Made by a program: the position numbers and the translations under genes
Shown: in pieces, positions 61,986 to 64,000 of the stretch
Numbering within the stretch: the first letter of the stretch is position 1
Layout: each line of letters begins with the position of its first letter
Notes under the pieces: generated by a model
What the model was told of the DNA's origin: nothing
What the model saw: the letters and a program-made list of their open reading frames with translations, nothing else
Databases searched by the model: none
NCBI GenBank assembly: GCA_964016885.1
Contig: OZ024747.1
Coordinates: 33,294,001 to 33,358,000, forward strand
Length of the DNA: 64,000 bases
Source of the DNA: Eledone cirrhosa
Lineage: Eukaryota
Reading direction: 5' to 3'

Positions 61986-64000
61986 ACTAGTAACGTTAAC
62001 AACAATACATGTAACAACAATAACAGAAATAACACTAGTAACGTTAACAACAATACATGTAACAACCATAACAGAAATAACACTAACTACGTTAACAACA
62101 ATACATGTAACGACCATAACAGAAATAACACTAACAACATTAACAACAATACATGTAACAACCATAACAGAATAACACTAGCAACGTTAACAACAATACA
62201 AGTAACAACCATAACAGAAATAACACTAGCAACGTTAACAACAATACATGTAACAAACATAACAGAAATAACACTAGTAACATTAGCAACAATACATGTA
62301 ACAACCTTAATAGAAATAACTCTAGCAACGTTAACAACAATATAGGTAACAACCATAACAGAAATAACACTAGCAACGTTAACAACAATACATGTAACAA
62401 CCATAACAGAAATAACATGGGCAACGTTAACAACAATACATGTAACATCCATAACAGAAATAACACTAGTAACGTTAACAACAATACATGTAACAACGAT
62501 AACAGAAATAACACTAGTAACGTTAGCAACGATACATGTCACAACCATAACAGAAATAACACTAACAACGTTAACAACAATACATGTAACAACCATAACA
62601 GAAATAATACTAACACCGTTAACAACAACTATAACAGAAATAACACTCACAACGGTAACAACAACACGTGTAACAACCATAACAGAAATAACACTAGTAA
62701 CGTTAACAACAATACATGTAACAACCATAACAGAAATAACACTAACAACGTTAACAACAATACATGTAACAACCATAACAGAAATAACATTAACAACGTT
62801 AACAACAATACATGTAACAACCATAACAGAAATAACACTAACAACGTTAACAACAATACATGTAACAACCATAACAGAAATAACACTAACAACGTTAACA
62901 ACAATACATGTAACAACCATAACAGAAATAACACTAACAACGTTAACAACAATACATGTATCAACCATAACGGAAATAACATTAACAACGTTAACAACAA
63001 TACATGTAACAACCATAACAGAAATAACACTAACAACGTTAACAACAATACATGTAACAACCATAACAGAAATAACACTAACAACGTTAACAACAATACA
63101 TGTAACAACCATAACAGAAATAACACTAACAACGTTAACAACAATACATGTAACAACCATAACAGAAATAACACTAACAACGTTAACAACAATACATGTA
63201 ACATCCATAACAGAAATAACACTAACAACGTTAACAACAACACATGTAACAACCAGAACAGAAATAACACTAACAACGTTAACAACAATACATGTAACAA
63301 CCATAACAGAAATAACATTAACAACGTTAACAACAATACATCTAACACCCATAACAGAAATAACACTAACAACGTTAACAACAATACATGTAACAACCAT
63401 AACAGAAATAACACTAACAACGTTAACAACAATACATGTAACAACCATAACAGAAATAACACTAACAACGTTAACAACAATACATGTAACAACCATAACA
63501 GAAATAACACTAACAACGTTAACAACAATACATGTAACAACCATATCAGAAATAACACTAACAACGTTACAAACAACTATAACAGAAATAACACTCACAA
63601 CGGTAACAACAATACATGTAACAACCATAACAGAAATAACACTAGTAACGTTAACAACAATACGTGTAACAACCATAACAGAAATAACACTAACAGCGTT
63701 AACAACAATACATGTAACAACAATAACAGAAATAACACTAGTAACGTTAACAACAATACATGTAACAACCATAAAAGAATTAACACTAACAACGTTAACA
63801 ACAATACAAGTAACAACCATAACAGAAATAACACTAACAACGTTAACAACAACCATAAAAGAAATAACACTAACAACGTTAACAACAATACATGTAACAA
63901 CCATAACAGAAATAACATTAACAACATTAACAACAATACATGTAACAACCATAACAGAAATAACACTAACAACGTAAACAACAATACATGTAACAACCAT

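Larger units (their letters stand above)
1..64000 (+). repeat. 48-bp tandem satellite array (consensus TTAACAACAATACATGTAACAACCATAACAGAAATAACACTAACAACG), running off both window edges
   Basis: The unit is read directly at 1-48 and recurs in the same orientation on every line of the window, typically with 0-4 substitutions per unit. The consensus has A26 C11 T8 G3 (29% GC). All ORF translations show a 16-aa period. Confidence 0.99.

Noticed and set aside
272-64000. Val-rich and Leu-rich - strand ORFs (up to 2486 aa) as membrane proteins
   Set aside because: They are antisense translations of the AAC-rich repeat. They overlap one another in multiple frames, are implausibly hydrophobic and contain no non-repeat sequence.
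1-64000. CRISPR array
   Set aside because: There are no unique spacers (the entire unit repeats), no leader and no cas genes.
1-64000. Telomerase-synthesised telomeric repeat
   Set aside because: No TTAGG/TTAGGG-type G-runs are present. Variants propagate in kb-scale blocks, which indicates recombination rather than copying from a single RNA template.
1-64000. tRNA, rRNA, structured ncRNA, terminators, G-quadruplexes or mobile elements
   Set aside because: The strand asymmetry precludes extended stems, there are no repeated GGG tracts, and I saw no terminal repeats, target-site duplications or transposase/RT coding sequence.

Overview
The whole 64-kb window is one uninterrupted head-to-tail tandem array (satellite/minisatellite) of a 48-bp monomer, consensus TTAACAACAATACATGTAACAACCATAACAGAAATAACACTAACAACG. 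It is interspersed with a 36-bp deletion variant, and I estimate about 1,350-1,400 units. I saw no unique sequence, inversion, transposon insertion, RNA gene or credible standard-code gene. The long Thr-, Asn-, Val- and Leu-rich ORFs are four reading frames of the same 16-codon unit. Diagnostic variants reveal a nested history of higher-order duplications (periods 132, 336, 516, 1020, 1824, 2340, 2589, 3335, 4715 and 7283 bp), a recurring ordered cassette of monomer variants and an inherited 1-bp deletion marker. The most intriguing observation concerns the TAA-rich frame that the ORF track ignores. If TAA/TAG encode Gln (translation table 6) it reads QQQYMQQPQQKQHQQR, and many of the commonest monomer variants are synonymous in that frame. 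Transition bias acting on a (YAA)n-derived satellite is a serious alternative explanation. The organism cannot be identified from this sequence. Block boundaries were estimated by eye and from ORF-track offsets, so they are approximate.
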